NCBI GenBank assembly: GCA_008632985.1
Contig: QPGO01000067.1
Location: 320,142-384,141, forward strand
DNA: 64,000 bases
DNA from: Psammoneis japonica
Taxonomy: Eukaryota
Direction of reading: 5' to 3'
A model generated the notes under the pieces. That model did no database searches. It was given only the letters and a program-made list of their open reading frames with translations, and had not been told where the DNA came from. Position numbers and translations under genes: made by a program. Position 1 is the first letter of the stretch. Each line of letters begins with the position of its first letter. Shown here piece by piece: positions 25,904 through 39,028 of this stretch.

Positions 25904-26408
25904 AGCGCGACAACCAGACAGCTACTACTAGTAGATTGAAGCAAAATAGAAGTACTCGACTCACATGTCTCGTTGTCGTCACGCGGGAGACGAGAGCTGT
26001 TCGTGAATACGTGAAACGATAGAAGTGCCTTACATACCATGCTAATTGGAAAACCATGAAGTTGAAAGTAGTAGGTAGTAGGCCTCTAGCTAGAGGGCTT
26101 GTTGTCTTCTTTCTTTCAACAAGTTTGAAAGTTCTCGAGATGCGTTTTAATCGAACGAGTCATCGAACGCACCTCCACGCTCGGGCGTTTGGAAACCAAC
26201 AACGAGAAATAGTCAGACACGCGTGTTCACAGATACTTTCTACGTGGGATCAATACCAAGACTGCGTATGTACGTCATTGTTCAGTCGTACGTGTACGGT
26301 CTGTACGCACGTTGCGCACGCGTACGTGGCGATCTTTGACGGAGGCAACTTCGACATGAGTGCGGTGTGTTTGCCAACCACCACCGTCCCTCAATTTCAA
26401 GTTCAACC

Positions 26409-27194
26409 ATGGTCAAGCTCAGCCTTCTCGTCGGTGGTGAGTGAAGTGCGAATCGAAATCTGAGTCGCATGTATTCGAAATCATCGGCATGCTGCTCCTT
26501 GGGTAGAATCGCATCCAGATTTGTGTAGAGCGTTTGGTCCGCCTTTTATGTGTGACGTGCTTTTCGTGCGCAGAAAAGGGTTCGGTCTTTGTCGTTGCAG
26601 TTTCTCACCCTGTCATTTATTGTTGTGTTGTATTTAGCCCTTTTTGCTGCTTCAGCAACTGCCTTTGCCCCTCAAGGCGCACCAAGAACTATATTGACGA
26701 CACAGTCTGCTACTCTTCCTGGTGCTGAGGTTGATGAGTTGGGGAACAATGTTAAGGTGAAGAACTTGTTGTTGGATGTTGAACAATCCGGTCTTTTGAC
26801 AAAGGTTGCACAGAGTGGCCTTTTGTCCAAGGCACAAGAAGCGGGTGTTTCACTTTCCAAGCTTGAGCCCCTTTTGGAATTGGCGTCCAAGAACCCCGAT
26901 ATTTTGGTCCTTGTCGAGGCTTCGGGACCCGAGCTCTTGCCTATTCTTCCCACTGTTGTGAAGCTTGCTCCTTCCGCATTGCCTCTTTTGGCTACCCTCA
27001 TCACGATCCCGCCTTCTGCTTTGACTCTTGGTGCTGTCTTGTCAGTTGGGGCAGCTGCGGGCATTGTTGTCACTGTTCCGGATGACACTGTTGCCACTGT
27101 TGCTCTTCAAACACTGGCCGTTGGTGTTCTCGGACTTGGAGTTCCGGTTGCATCGCTTGCCGGCGCCGCTATTCTTGGACAGCTCACCAAGTAA
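26409..27194 (+). CDS. Plastid-targeted DUF1118-like membrane protein
   Basis: Removing intron 26437-26637 gives [21 protein letters not shown] (ASAFAP-type cleavage motif). Core VEQSGLLTKVAQSGLLSKAQEAGVSLSKLE. Confidence 0.8.
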
Positions 27195-27899
27195 TATGAA
27201 ATACTGTAATGCAGGCTAGGTATAAGTTTTGGCAAACTTCACTCCATATCAACTCTGTGAGCTGCTTCTGTGTCTCTCTAGGTGCTAATTCATACAAGTC
27301 AAAGCAGTACTAGGGAATAGATAGAGACATACCTAGAGATTCATTACCGGTACAAGTGAACTCTAGACTCAGTCGATAGGTAACTCGAAGTGTTTCCCAT
27401 CGTTGGAACGTCTTCGTCTCCAAAAATACCAGCACAAAGTAGTCTAGGGCCCTACCTACTAGGGCCCTACTAGATAGAGTAGAGCTATCTTTGCGAGTTA
27501 CCGTAGTGCGAACGTCACCCGCTCCACATAACTCCAGAAGGGGGGGGGGGCAAGCAAGACAAGCGATCCTCTCAACTCGCGTAGAATTTGGACTGAACAT
27601 CCCATAAAGAGGACGTATTCTCTCCTCATTTTTCTCCCCACCCTTTTCTGTTTTTTGAACTTGATCTTGCCACCTTGCGAGAAACAGCATGCCGACATGA
27701 CACTGCACGCTGCTTTTCCTATTTACGCTCAAAGCTGAAAACAAACAGTGAAACAGTACCGCCAGTCCAAAGAGAGGGTGGTTGTGTGACGCGATCTCGA
27801 TTGGTCCTTCTCCTTAGTCTCTTTGAGGAGTTGACTTATCTTACGCTGACGCGAAAATCGGCTGAGAATTAGCGTGGACTGCGTGGCAACAGCGAAAAA

Positions 27900-30800
27900 A
27901 TGTGGAAGTCCATGCTCGCTGGAATTGACTGCGTTGTAAACGTGCCAATCGCATTCTTGCTTCTTCTGCAACCCTTCAGCAGTGTCGCTTCTGGAATTGT
28001 ACAGTTCTTGCCATGGTTGCTTCCACCAGTGATTGGGCTCCTTCTTCGGCACTTTGCGTTATCAGCTCTGTTGCATGTTACAAGGTTCAAAGCGCGTGAT
28101 GTGAAACAGGGCGGACTGGCTCTAGGTGACGCTGTCCATACAGCTGTATTTGGATTCTATGCCATACGTGGAGCTGCACAAATCGATGTTCGAGAAATGC
28201 TTCTGCTTTGTTTAATGTCGGCGTTGGTCTTTACGAGGCTCGCCGTCTTGGTGGGATACGGGTTGGAGCCGATACCACTTCCCCAGAAGCCAGCGGTTGA
28301 AAAAGCTGGGGAGGTCGCTAAATCTTCTAAACATCTTCTGGATGCGACCAAAGTGGAGGCTGTGTATCTGCAAAATCCAGCGGTTGACGGGGCTGAGGAA
28401 GTCGATGCACGTCATGGACCTACTGAAAAGGCTGAACAAGTCGCTACTTCTCCCAGAGATGTCCTGGGTCCTGTCGAAAGAGGGGCTACTGTTGATCCCT
28501 CTGTGCAACCCCAGAAGCCAGCGGACGAAATGGCAAAAGAGGTCATCACTGAATCTTTCAAAGACCCGGCCGAATCCGAGTCGTCTGTGCATTCCCAGAC
28601 TACTGCGATCGAAACGGCTGAGGAAGTCGCTATCTCTTCCGATGATCCTTTAGGCCATTCTCAACAAATAGAGCTTGTGCAGTCCCAGAAACCAGTGGTC
28701 AAAAAGGCTGAGGAAGTCGCGGAATCTTCGGGAGATCTTCTGGGTCCTACCGAAAGGGAGGTGTCTAGGCTAGATCCGTCGCCGGCTACTTCTGATATCT
28801 GCGAAGCTGAGCAGAAACCAGAACAGCCATCTCATGACGATGTCGCATCACCTACTCCCAAACCGTCTCTGGATGAGGTAAAGAAATTGAAAAACAAGAC
28901 TTCCACGTACCCTTATGAATCACCTGTTCAACCGGAAAGTGGGTATAGATCGCTGCCCGTCGAAGGTACAACGACAGAGAGAGAATCTTCCTCAAGTACT
29001 TCTCCAGAAATATCTTCAAGATTCTCGGTTGAGGAAGAGGTACCGAGGGAGGAGTATGTCAATTCAGGGACACAAACGGCAACTCCAGACAACTCTTTCT
29101 CTGATGTTCTCGCGTCTTCACGCGGTGTCGGTGATGCCCCAGTTGCGAAAGCCGATGAAGCTTCACGAGAGCTTCCCAATTCGGATTCAGGCGCATCTCC
29201 AGAAGATGCTGGGGATGAAAACCGACAAGACTCAGAAAGCTCATTTTCAATCGTCGAAGAAGTGACAACTCAAGCGGAGACTGTTGTAAACTCAATGCTA
29301 GACGCGCTGACTGAAGTCTGCGCTTCTGGATCTTTTGAAGCAGGTGTCAAACAGTCTTCGATGCTTGCGTCGGACGATACCTCCAAAGTCGAGTCGGGGT
29401 CTCGAGTACTTGGCGAAAAGCGACATGATGCCGCCAAGATCAACCTAAAAGCGTCCCAAGCAATGCAGGATCCTGTAGAAAGCGGCAATTCAATCGCTCC
29501 AAACCTTACAGAGTCACATGACAGCGAAATGGAAAAGGCTGAAAATGACAAAGCGGAAAATCAAGAAGTTGACGATTATCCTTTGGTCGGATCTTGCGAT
29601 ACGAATATGACGTCCAACGCGTCATCTTCTGATAGCGTCACTGAGTTCAGCAAACGCGAATTTCGAGTTGGGCGATCTAATAAAGACGTTGATAGCGAGT
29701 CTGATCGAGCGGGTGGTAGTCCATCGCCAATGGCAAAAGACGAAATATCGAAAAGAGGCCCAAGTGTTTCTGAAACTTCAGCGAACAATTCATCGTTTCA
29801 AGAAGCAAAGCACATTATCTCAGCTCCAGACGAAGTAGCAACAATAGAAAGCGTTAACCTGTCGGGAGTTACTACCGACGATGGGAAACAGTCTATTGCA
29901 GAAGAGGAGCTCGTGTCACACCGAGTCTGTGATAATCCCATAACTTTGGCAGAAACCGAGCCTTCGGATGGAGGCTCAAATCTTGCTGATGCGAAGTCCA
30001 ACGCATCTGATAACTTCACTGCGTCAAACAGAGAGGAAATTCGAAAAGAAGATGAAAAGGAGAATATCGGCACAGCCACGGTCGAGCCAAGCCGAGTCTG
30101 TGGTAATCCTATAACTTTGGCAGAAACCGAGCCCTCGGATGGAAGCGCAAATCTTGCAGATACGAAGTCCAGCGCATCTGATAACTCCGCTGCGTCAAAC
30201 AGAGAGGAAATTATTCGAAGAGAAGATGAAAAGGAGAACATCGACACAGCCACGGTTGAAGCACCCGCAAATTGCTTGCGTTTGTCAATTGACTCGCCCG
30301 ACGATGCAAAGCTCCCTATCGAGGAACATGAGAGGGAGTCATCGGATAGAACACCTTGCAATCCAATGAATGTGACAGAAAGCGAGGCATCTAGCCCATG
30401 CCCAGCTCCTGATTTCATATCACCGAACGAGGGAATATCTCAGAGACAGGACCAAGATGATAGAGAAAGCGAGTATTCCTCCGAAGGCACCTCTGAGTTG
30501 AGCGATAACAAGGATACATTTTCGAATTCACGCATTGCATCGCTGCGAAGCGATGCTGAATCAGCCTTTGAGCAAGGGAATTATCACCGATCCGTCCTTC
30601 AGTATTCACATGCCATCAAATTGATTACTCAAGATTATTCATCCGTTTCAGCTAAGGATGATATGCATGCGTTGCTACTGGCTAAGCGATCGGGAGTACT
30701 TTCAACTCTGGGAGCTTACACAGCTGCAGCGGAAGACTGCCGAAGCGCTCTTTCTTTGGTTTCTGATGCTGATGAATCCGATGCAGGAGATGCTGAGGCG

Positions 30801-32793
30801 GGGTTGCTCTTGAAAGCTCATATTTTGGTTCGGCTTGGTGGCTTACTCGTCAAGACTGGTGACTTGGTTGACTCTGCAGAATATTTCGATGCAGCTCTTG
30901 ACGCAGCTCAGGCAGCATCGTCCCAGTGTCGGAATGCAAGTCATGAAAGCTCTGACCGGTGTCAAGCGATGGCTGCTGAGTTGACACAGAAAGTGTCTAC
31001 ACTTCAATCACAGGCAGCACAATGTCAAGAAGCACTGGGGAGGATCCCTCGGGGTAAGCCAGACTCGACTCTCGATCCATTTAAGTCCACGAGAATTGCG
31101 AATGTGAAAGCTTTGAAGTATGTTGACTTCGCTTTGAAAATTGCATCGGGTGACTTGAAGTTGCATGAGAAAAAAGTTGCTATTCTTGCGGCTTTGAAAC
31201 GTTGGCGCGAAGTAGGGAGCCATTGTGAGCGTCTTGCTGTTGAATTATCAAGACTTGACGGTGTGTTTGTGGAGGATTTGGAAGAAAAGAATCCGTTTGC
31301 TGACGTACCTCCCTCCCAGTCTCTCATTCCAACCTTCTTCGAGAAGACAAGTCGGCAGACTCCAGTGGAAAATGCAATGCTGAAGCTGGGAGCAAATGCA
31401 GTAGCAGAAGCGATTTTACGTATCCCGGAGCCCATGCTACCGTACTACTGTAAGGCGTTGCGTCTTGAAGAGAGATTCGAAGAGGCCAAAGCGGGTATAA
31501 ACGCATTAAGGCACCGCTCACTTCCGTGGATCTCCAACGAAGAGTATAAATTGCGCAAAACAATTTCAGGCAAAGCTGAAGGCGACGAATTGTTTCGTGC
31601 TGGAGACCACGAGGGTGCTGCTTCTCATTACGCCAAGGCGTTGTTGATTGATGCGGAGGACACCGCAGCTGCTTCAATGAAGCATTTAGCAAATGAAGGA
31701 GGAAGACTCAATGCTGTTCTTCACTGCAATCGCGCTTTGTGCTTGATGAAGTTGTCGAATTACCAAGAAGCTGCTATGGAATGCACCGCAGCTCTAAAGA
31801 TTCACGCCCACTACATGAAAGCAATGATCAGAAGAAGTCGCTGCTACGCACACTTAAAGAGATACGACGATTCAATTGTGCAATACAAGAGATGCCTTAG
31901 TCTTGTGAAAGAAGCGAACGATTCGGATGATGGTGCGAACTGGGTAATGCCGTGCATGTTCGATTTGCCTAAAGATGCTTCCGCTGAAGTTGTTGATGCT
32001 GTGAGGGTGGAACTCGATGAAATAATTGTTTTGAAAAATGATGCACAGAACATAAAATTCCCAGAGGCTTCTCAAACGGAAGAAGAAGACACGACATGGG
32101 TCGACGCTGAGACATTTCGTGCGCAAACGAGCAAAGCCAATTCAGGAGTCGGTCGCCGCCCTTGGGAGATATTCGAAGACCGGGAGTCAGAAGGCGCGCC
32201 ACGATCTAAACCTGGGCTTGGGAGTACACATTCATCTGAGTATGGACGTGCGAAACAAAAACCCAAACCTCGTGGATACGGCTATTCATTTGAAGCAGAG
32301 GAGGCTAGCTCCACAACAACTGACCCACCAAAAGAGGCTCGCACAAAGGATCGCGGTGCTCCACAATGGAACGCCTTTGGCGGTAGACCGAAATCGTCCA
32401 GGGCGAAAAGAGCGTATTCTGCCTATGACGAAGAGCAGTCCAACAGCGAGGCAAACCGTAACTGGAACAACGTCAGCAGCCATGATGTCCGTGATTCTGA
32501 GACACACTATGCTGTCCTTCGTGTGCACGTGAATTCGACACCCGAAGAAATCAAGAAGTCTTATCGGAAGGTGCGCTTCTACGTATTGTTGAAGGCCAAG
32601 GCGTGTGTGATACCTGTTGATCTTATGTCTCATCTTACCCGTTTCTTTCACATTGTAGCTCGCTCTTAAGTTTCACCCGGATAAGAATAAGGATGACCCA
32701 GATGCTGCAGATCTGTTCCAGCGTATCAATCAAGCATATGAGGTGCTGAGCGATGACAGAAAGAGGAGAAGATACAATAGGGAGATATGGTAA
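27900..32793 (+). CDS. Large TPR + C-terminal J-domain co-chaperone (DNAJC7-like) with long repetitive acidic N-terminal region
   Basis: TPRs ([14 protein letters not shown].., [12 protein letters not shown].., [11 protein letters not shown]). J-domain [24 protein letters not shown] across intron 32571-32658. Stop 32791-32793. Confidence 0.88.
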
Positions 32794-33172
32794 CGTGATC
32801 TGAGGCGGGGATGCATGATAGAGAAACGAGAAGATACAGCAGGGAGATGTGAGAGTGTTTTTTCCCGGTATCGCCACCGGGGGCTAAAACTTTTCATGTC
32901 GTGATACGGTCTGGAACAAGTGTTTTCCGTCGAATATCGCCTCATGTTGATTTTGCTGAGCCGTCGGGTTGCTTTTCCCTGGACGCAAACCCAGTAAAGT
33001 AAACTAGCCATTCGCTGCTTAACTTATGGTAGTTCAATTAGGTTTCTTGGATGTTGTTGCTTTACATTAAATGTCAGATCTATGGCAAACTTGAAGTGCG
33101 GGTTCGATTTCGTTTTTCCGCCTGCTGGCAACAACCTTAAGTACCCTGCTGGCGGCGGGACGTGAAGGCATT

Positions 33173-34771
33173 TCACGAAGCGTCTGTTGTGGGAAATGTG
33201 TCGTCTTTGTGCATCGTGATATCATGTCTTTCATGCCAATCTGCAATCCACCGTCTTATTGCAATTTTCTCCTCGTTGCGAACCGCCACGACCGAAGGTG
33301 GATCGAGTATGTTGGAGGCGCGAAGGTCCAAGTGGTGTGCTCCATTCTCAATGATTCGTACTATAATCGATGACGGCGATCCCTTGGGGAGTTGTTGGAT
33401 ACCCGCCGCCCTCCAGGGGTCATATTGTCCGCTGGTTAAAAAGATGTTTGATCCCGTTGAAATGTCTGCACCCATGAATGTCATTTCCTCCCAGTCTGGC
33501 CGAGGAACTACGCCCCATCGTCGGGAGCAATGCATATAGTATTCGGTTTGATTTGGAGTAAAAGGTAACTCAAAGTCCGTCACTCCATTGGTTGGCATGG
33601 GTTGATACACTTCGGTGCAGCACTGATAGCCCCAGGCCGCATTTGTCTCTTCCCACGCCATCGATGATGGCTTGCCACGTAGATTCGCCGATTTTGGCTC
33701 CCTTCTTTTATTTCTCTGGGCGAGCCACACTTGCTGCTGATTGAAACGATCCATTTGTCCTTTACGATGGTAGTGCATTGTTGCCGTCGGCGCGACCAAG
33801 CCATCAAAATCAAAGCACTTCCCAGCCTGTCCTGTATGGTTAAAATATACATTCGCCGCGGCTCGTAGGGCTCCGAGACCCGTTGTCTCCTTGAGCATGT
33901 TTTCACAGGCAACTCGAAAAGGATACGCTGGCACAGGATTGTAAAAGGCTGTGGGATAAGGATAGCCGTATTGAACCATGGTTTCGAGAGCGTCGCTAAT
34001 CCAGCCGTGAATATCGTATGCAGCCTTTTCGTCGGGTAACGACTGACACAAAGACAGAGATTGAGCAACCTTAGCTCTTCCTTGAGGAGTCTTGGCGAAT
34101 TCAAAAAGTTTTTTCCACCCAGCTCGAACCATTTCAGGGCACTGCAAAGACACGTTTCCGTACGCCTCAGTTTCAATTCTCGCAAAGCCGTTGGTTTCAC
34201 GAAGAAGGTGTTTCAGAGGCGTGGCGGAGGAGGCAATAGCACCTGCCCAAATGTTTGGATTCTTGAGACGGAGCCACATGGCAAGGTTCGCTCCATAGCT
34301 ACCTCCAAACGCGACAAAGGCATTGTTCCTTGTCATGTTCCACTTTTCTCGAATATGCACTGCCAGTGTATTGAAATCCTCCATGGCTTGCTCTACCGTC
34401 AAAAATGACACATTATAAGGCACACCCAAGGCATTATGATTGCCAAAAGGGTTGCTAAGTCCGTAGTAGCGATGCTCGGCAAACACCACCATGGCACCAA
34501 ACTCTTGAGATATTTCAAACATGAATCCAGTATTGTTGACGAATTGAAAAATATCAGCCTCGTTTCCTGCATAGAAAAAGCAGGGACCAGTTCCATTCCA
34601 GTGCTCTTGATTGACGTAGTACCGAAGAGGAAACGTTGGAACGGTCGTGGGTCGAAAATTAAAGTGGTCAACCACAGCGTCAAAAATGTACTCGTCGACG
34701 GGGTAGACAGACGGAGGCGGCGCTGCCACCACAAGGCCGCCCAAGGCGAGAATCAAAACAGACGATAGCAT
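33173..34771 (-). CDS. Prolyl carboxypeptidase / peptidase S28
   Basis: Signal peptide, VDHF, FFYAGNE, AEHRYYG, FGGSYG, AIASSA, YQCCTE, GQYDPW, GAHHLDLR. Confidence 0.93.
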   Translation of the reverse strand: MLSSVLILALGGLVVAAPPPSVYPVDEYIFDAVVDHFNFRPTTVPTFPLRYYVNQEHWNGTGPCFFYAGNEADIFQFVNNTGFMFEISQEFGAMVVFAEHRYYGLSNPFGNHNALGVPYNVSFLTVEQAMEDFNTLAVHIREKWNMTRNNAFVAFGGSYGANLAMWLRLKNPNIWAGAIASSATPLKHLLRETNGFARIETEAYGNVSLQCPEMVRAGWKKLFEFAKTPQGRAKVAQSLSLCQSLPDEKAAYDIHGWISDALETMVQYGYPYPTAFYNPVPAYPFRVACENMLKETTGLGALRAAANVYFNHTGQAGKCFDFDGLVAPTATMHYHRKGQMDRFNQQQVWLAQRNKRREPKSANLRGKPSSMAWEETNAAWGYQCCTEVYQPMPTNGVTDFELPFTPNQTEYYMHCSRRWGVVPRPDWEEMTFMGADISTGSNIFLTSGQYDPWRAAGIQQLPKGSPSSIIVRIIENGAHHLDLRASNILDPPSVVAVRNEEKIAIRRWIADWHERHDITMHKDDTFPTTDAS

Positions 34772-35300
34772 CGTAAGGACTTCAAATCTCAAACTCACAA
34801 TCACTCTGCATACTGACAACTACACAATGTTGTACAGCATGTGATGAGTGATGAGCGGATGACGAAAGATCCAGATCTGGATCAAAGATCGCGATCTTTC
34901 TCAACGCGGCGCGCGTGTTTTCTCGCGATGTTCTTCAACGGAAACAGAATGTCACAATGACTTTCACACGTAAAATCGTACGAGATACCCCATACAATCT
35001 CATCAATGACTCTTCAACTTCAACTGCATCCAACGAGAAGTGAAGTCCAAAAAAACAAACACGACACGCCACCGCGAGCGAGAGAGATTTGGGATTGGAG
35101 ATTGGAGATTGCACATGGAGATTTGCTCGTATCTTTAATCTCTCTTGTTTCTCCTCTTGGGTATCTTCACTCCTTGAACGTTCTTTAGTGGAGTTGCTGT
35201 CATAGGTAACACGTGAACCTTTAAAACGTGATAAAGCAGGTTTGTCTAGCTCAGGCTCAGACGACAGGATCAACCCTTGATATAATCTCGAAATCGAAGA

Positions 35301-36859
35301 ATGAAAGACAAAACGGCGAGTTCTGACTCTGTACTCTCGAAACGAGACACCCTTATCGGTAGCGTCCTTGTGGTGGGAGCGCAAATGGCGTGTGCATCCA
35401 CAGCCAGCTGTATTCACGCGCTTCCCGTGCAAACCCCGTCTGTCTTGAGAGGACTCTGGCGACAGACTCTTACTACACTCATTTTTACGCTCTGGTGTTG
35501 CTGGTGTTGCTTTGGAAAAAGACTCACGAATCATCACAACGTGTTGGTGTAGCGAACGGTGGTTGCTGCAGCACCACCGATGAAGAGACACCTCTTGTTG
35601 GGGAGAAATTGCAAAAAGAGAAAAAAGATGCGGATGATACCCCCAACAACAATGAAAGTCACGACGATGAAGCCACGTCCGCGGCTGGGAAAGTCACCTT
35701 TGTTGTCATGGCCATGGCTGGAGCAGCACTTTTGAATGATACAATGGTGATTGCGCTCAAATACGCATCCTCGGCCGCAGTCATGTGCCTCATCAATACG
35801 ACTCCGATTTGGCTAATTCTCTATGCGGTTGTCACGTGTAATCCTCCCGGCATTGTGACATTGTTAGGTGCGGGATTATCGATTATTGGTGCAATTGTGT
35901 GTGCTGCTGGTGGTGATTCTAAAAGCGACACGCAGGAGGGTGACACGTTCCAGGTGACTGCTTCAAATGAAGAACTTGGATCCGTCATTGCGACGGTTGG
36001 AGCACTTGGTGGTGCCATGTACATGACGGCGTGCAGAAAGCTCAGTCCCCTGGGTATTCACCCGGTCGTGTTGATTTGGACCATCAATGTCGGTATGGTG
36101 ATTGTGTCTTCTATTTTATGCTTTTCAACCATTGAGGGAGGCATATCGATTCTATCTACTGATATTACGAGGGGCGTTTTCGGCTTTCTCAACCCATCAG
36201 CCAATCCTGCAGCTTTCTTTCAGTCAGTCTTTCCGGACTGCTTTGGAAACTTTGGAATCATGCTTTCCCTTGGATACTTTGAGCCTTTGATTGTATCCAT
36301 GATTATGCTTACTGAGCCATTGAATGCGAGTATTATCGCCATGGCGGTTGTTCACGAGGCCGCTCCGTCCACAAAGACAATTGTAGGTGTTTCCATTGTT
36401 CTCGCTGGATGCGCAATTGTATTGTGGGAGTCGTCCAAGGATAGCAAGGAAGCCTGTGAACTTGAAAAGGAACTTCAAAAAGACATTGCCGTGTCGCCCA
36501 CCGAACAACTCCGCAAACGTGTCTCGACTTTGCAGCAAAGGAGGAGGGGTTCACAGGTTGTCCTTTTATCTCCTATTGGGACGGTTGCTCCCGACGTAAC
36601 AGCCAAGGCTGCTTGGAGAGACGCCTGTACAACGCGACAAAGTATGAGAATGTCGCTGACGCCGAATATTCTGCGAGAGATTAGCATGTCTGCTCGGGAG
36701 GTGCAAGAATCATCAATTTCACCAGGAGAGGATCCCAACAATCACAGTTCGAGGCGCTTTACAGTGCAGTCGGTTTCTAGTAGCCTCATGAGCAGCGTGC
36801 CAAGGCCATCGTGGCTCAGCAAGCTTAACTATGGGTCCGTAAACGAGGAAGAATATTGA
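35301..36859 (+). CDS. DMT/EamA-family transporter
   Basis: About 10 hydrophobic helices, LTEPLNASIIA. The first helices lie in ORF 35301-35552, frameshifted near 35490. Start uncertain. Confidence 0.7.
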
Positions 36860-37188
36860 GAGAGCGTAAATGAAAACGCTATACAGAAGTGGTGAAGAAG
36901 CGTATTGTGGTATCGTCACACATTACTAAAGCCAGAGCTTCTAGAGCTTTGAGAAATCTATCGTGCATGGTTCATGTTTGCGTTGCAAAACAAACTAGCT
37001 AACTCTATGTATCGTTGTGCATATTAGTATTTCGGGCTTTCTGTAATTGATGAGTCCTCTATCTGAACTACGCGAATTCAAAGTAGACTGCGACCCATGC
37101 TTTAGGCTTTGTTTCTGTCATTATGATTTAAATCAGAACGAGTCTCTCAGCAATCCGTTCTATCTTATTGGTTACATCCGTTATCGCA

Positions 37189-38388
37189 TCAGGATGTCAC
37201 CGCAGCCCCTGTTTCTATCAAACTAGACCATGTTCGCACCACATTTGTTGCGGCGTCTCTGTCAAACAAAAATGCCAGTGCATGCGATGAAGATGCCTCA
37301 ATGGAATGCACGGTACCACCAGCCTCGCTGTAGACTTGTCCAAACGCTACACCACCATCGCGCAAAAGATCTCCCTTGGCCGTAAACAATACCAAAGGTG
37401 GCAACGAAGCAGCTTTTTTCCACTCCACAGAAGACATCACACCTCCCGTCACGTTAGCGTCAGTAACGTTTGGTAGTTCGTTCAAAGGTGTACCGACATA
37501 GGCGGCAAGAGACCAATCAATCCAACGCACGGGTACAATTCGGGTGTACACGTTCCTTCGAAACGAATGGGAATCCAAGGGTGACAAGTTGCTGTCGCCG
37601 TACTTTTCTGGCAAAATCATGAGCGGTTCGTCAATGAGAAGTGAATCAACCTGATATCCAGCTTGGAGAGCACGCAAGGCCACTGTAGCTGCAATGGTAC
37701 CGCCAGCACTTATTCCCGCGATATGAACTCCACCACCACCAAGCGGTATGCCGTCCAGTTTGTACTCCAAGAGGTGCTGAAATGCGAGAAAGCAATCATC
37801 CGGAGCAGCAGGAAATGTGTGCTCTGGAGCCAAGCGGTACTCCACCGATGCCCAAATCGCATCCTCTACAACATCTGACACCTCATTATCCTCTTTTATT
37901 GCGTTTAAGTAAAACGTCAGATACATCTCCCGGGCTGCTCCTGTTGTAAAGCCACCAGAATGGACCCAAAGGATTAGCGGGGCATCAGCTAGTTCGACTG
38001 TACGTATTTTGGGTTTAAGCAGCACCACTTCCAAAGGCTCGGACGAATCATCTCGGTTAATTTTTATCGTAGTCTCGCCATGGGAAGTATCAAGCAGTTT
38101 GTTCCATGCATCAGCTGCCGTTGCGGTGGTTGCGTCCCTTCCTTTCTGCATACACTGCACATCCAACGGAGGTGTCACTGGGCATTCAATCATGTACCCG
38201 ATTGTGAGTGGGAAAGGAAGTAGATACTCTACAATCTTATTAAGAATGGACAAGTCTGAATTGGCCCAAATGGCAACAGCATCATCAGTAACGTTAATGG
38301 GGCCGCCGTCAAATCTTCCGAATGTCGCATAAAGTAGAATTCCCAAAACAACGACGACAACAGCAAAGATCTTTGTACGAAACGCCAT
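37189..38388 (-). CDS. Alpha/beta hydrolase, HSL-like esterase/lipase
   Basis: WVHSGGF oxyanion motif, EYRLAPEH, GISAGG, D-LLRDG, terminal His; N-terminal anchor. Confidence 0.9.
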   Translation of the reverse strand: MAFRTKIFAVVVVVLGILLYATFGRFDGGPINVTDDAVAIWANSDLSILNKIVEYLLPFPLTIGYMIECPVTPPLDVQCMQKGRDATTATAADAWNKLLDTSHGETTIKINRDDSSEPLEVVLLKPKIRTVELADAPLILWVHSGGFTTGAAREMYLTFYLNAIKEDNEVSDVVEDAIWASVEYRLAPEHTFPAAPDDCFLAFQHLLEYKLDGIPLGGGGVHIAGISAGGTIAATVALRALQAGYQVDSLLIDEPLMILPEKYGDSNLSPLDSHSFRRNVYTRIVPVRWIDWSLAAYVGTPLNELPNVTDANVTGGVMSSVEWKKAASLPPLVLFTAKGDLLRDGGVAFGQVYSEAGGTVHSIEASSSHALAFLFDRDAATNVVRTWSSLIETGAAVTS

Positions 38389-39028
38389 TTCCTATCGTGT
38401 ACTTGCTGTGCCTTGCAACTAGTTTAAAGGTGAACACGGCGGGTCGAAAGCGCTTTCGAGAGGAATTGAAATGAAACCTGCAAGCCGAATGCGTTGCCGA
38501 TGAACTGCGAAGAGGGAAAGATGAAAGATTGGAAGGATGATTCGTCGGTGTTCGGCACGACTTTTGCTGTTTTCGCCACCCAAACACGACTCGACGCTTT
38601 CGATTCTCTTCACAGTACTCGTACTGTACCGTTAGAGAGAGCTCTCTACTATAGCTCTAGAGAGTAGCTAGAGTAGAGTAGTAGCTACTTAGCTAGCTAG
38701 AGTAGAGAGGGCCCTACTCTCTCTACTCTAGGGCCTAGAAGTACTCTACTCTAGCTAGCTAGCTCTACTAGCTCTCTAGCTAGAGAGAGTAGAGAGCAGA
38801 GCACGCACGAGTCATTCTACTTCTTCTAGCTAGAGAGTGTTGTACAAGTTCGAGAGTAATACAGCAATATTCTCTTCTATATATGTGAACGCACTTGTCT
38901 TCCATTGTTCATCCTAAGCTTGGCGTCCGCTTGTTCTCTGTCTTCGGGGGTCTGCAGAAACTGAATGGCGATGACAGCTATCCTCGAAGGTTGCACGCAG
39001 TTCGATCTTATAACCATTTCGACCAGCA

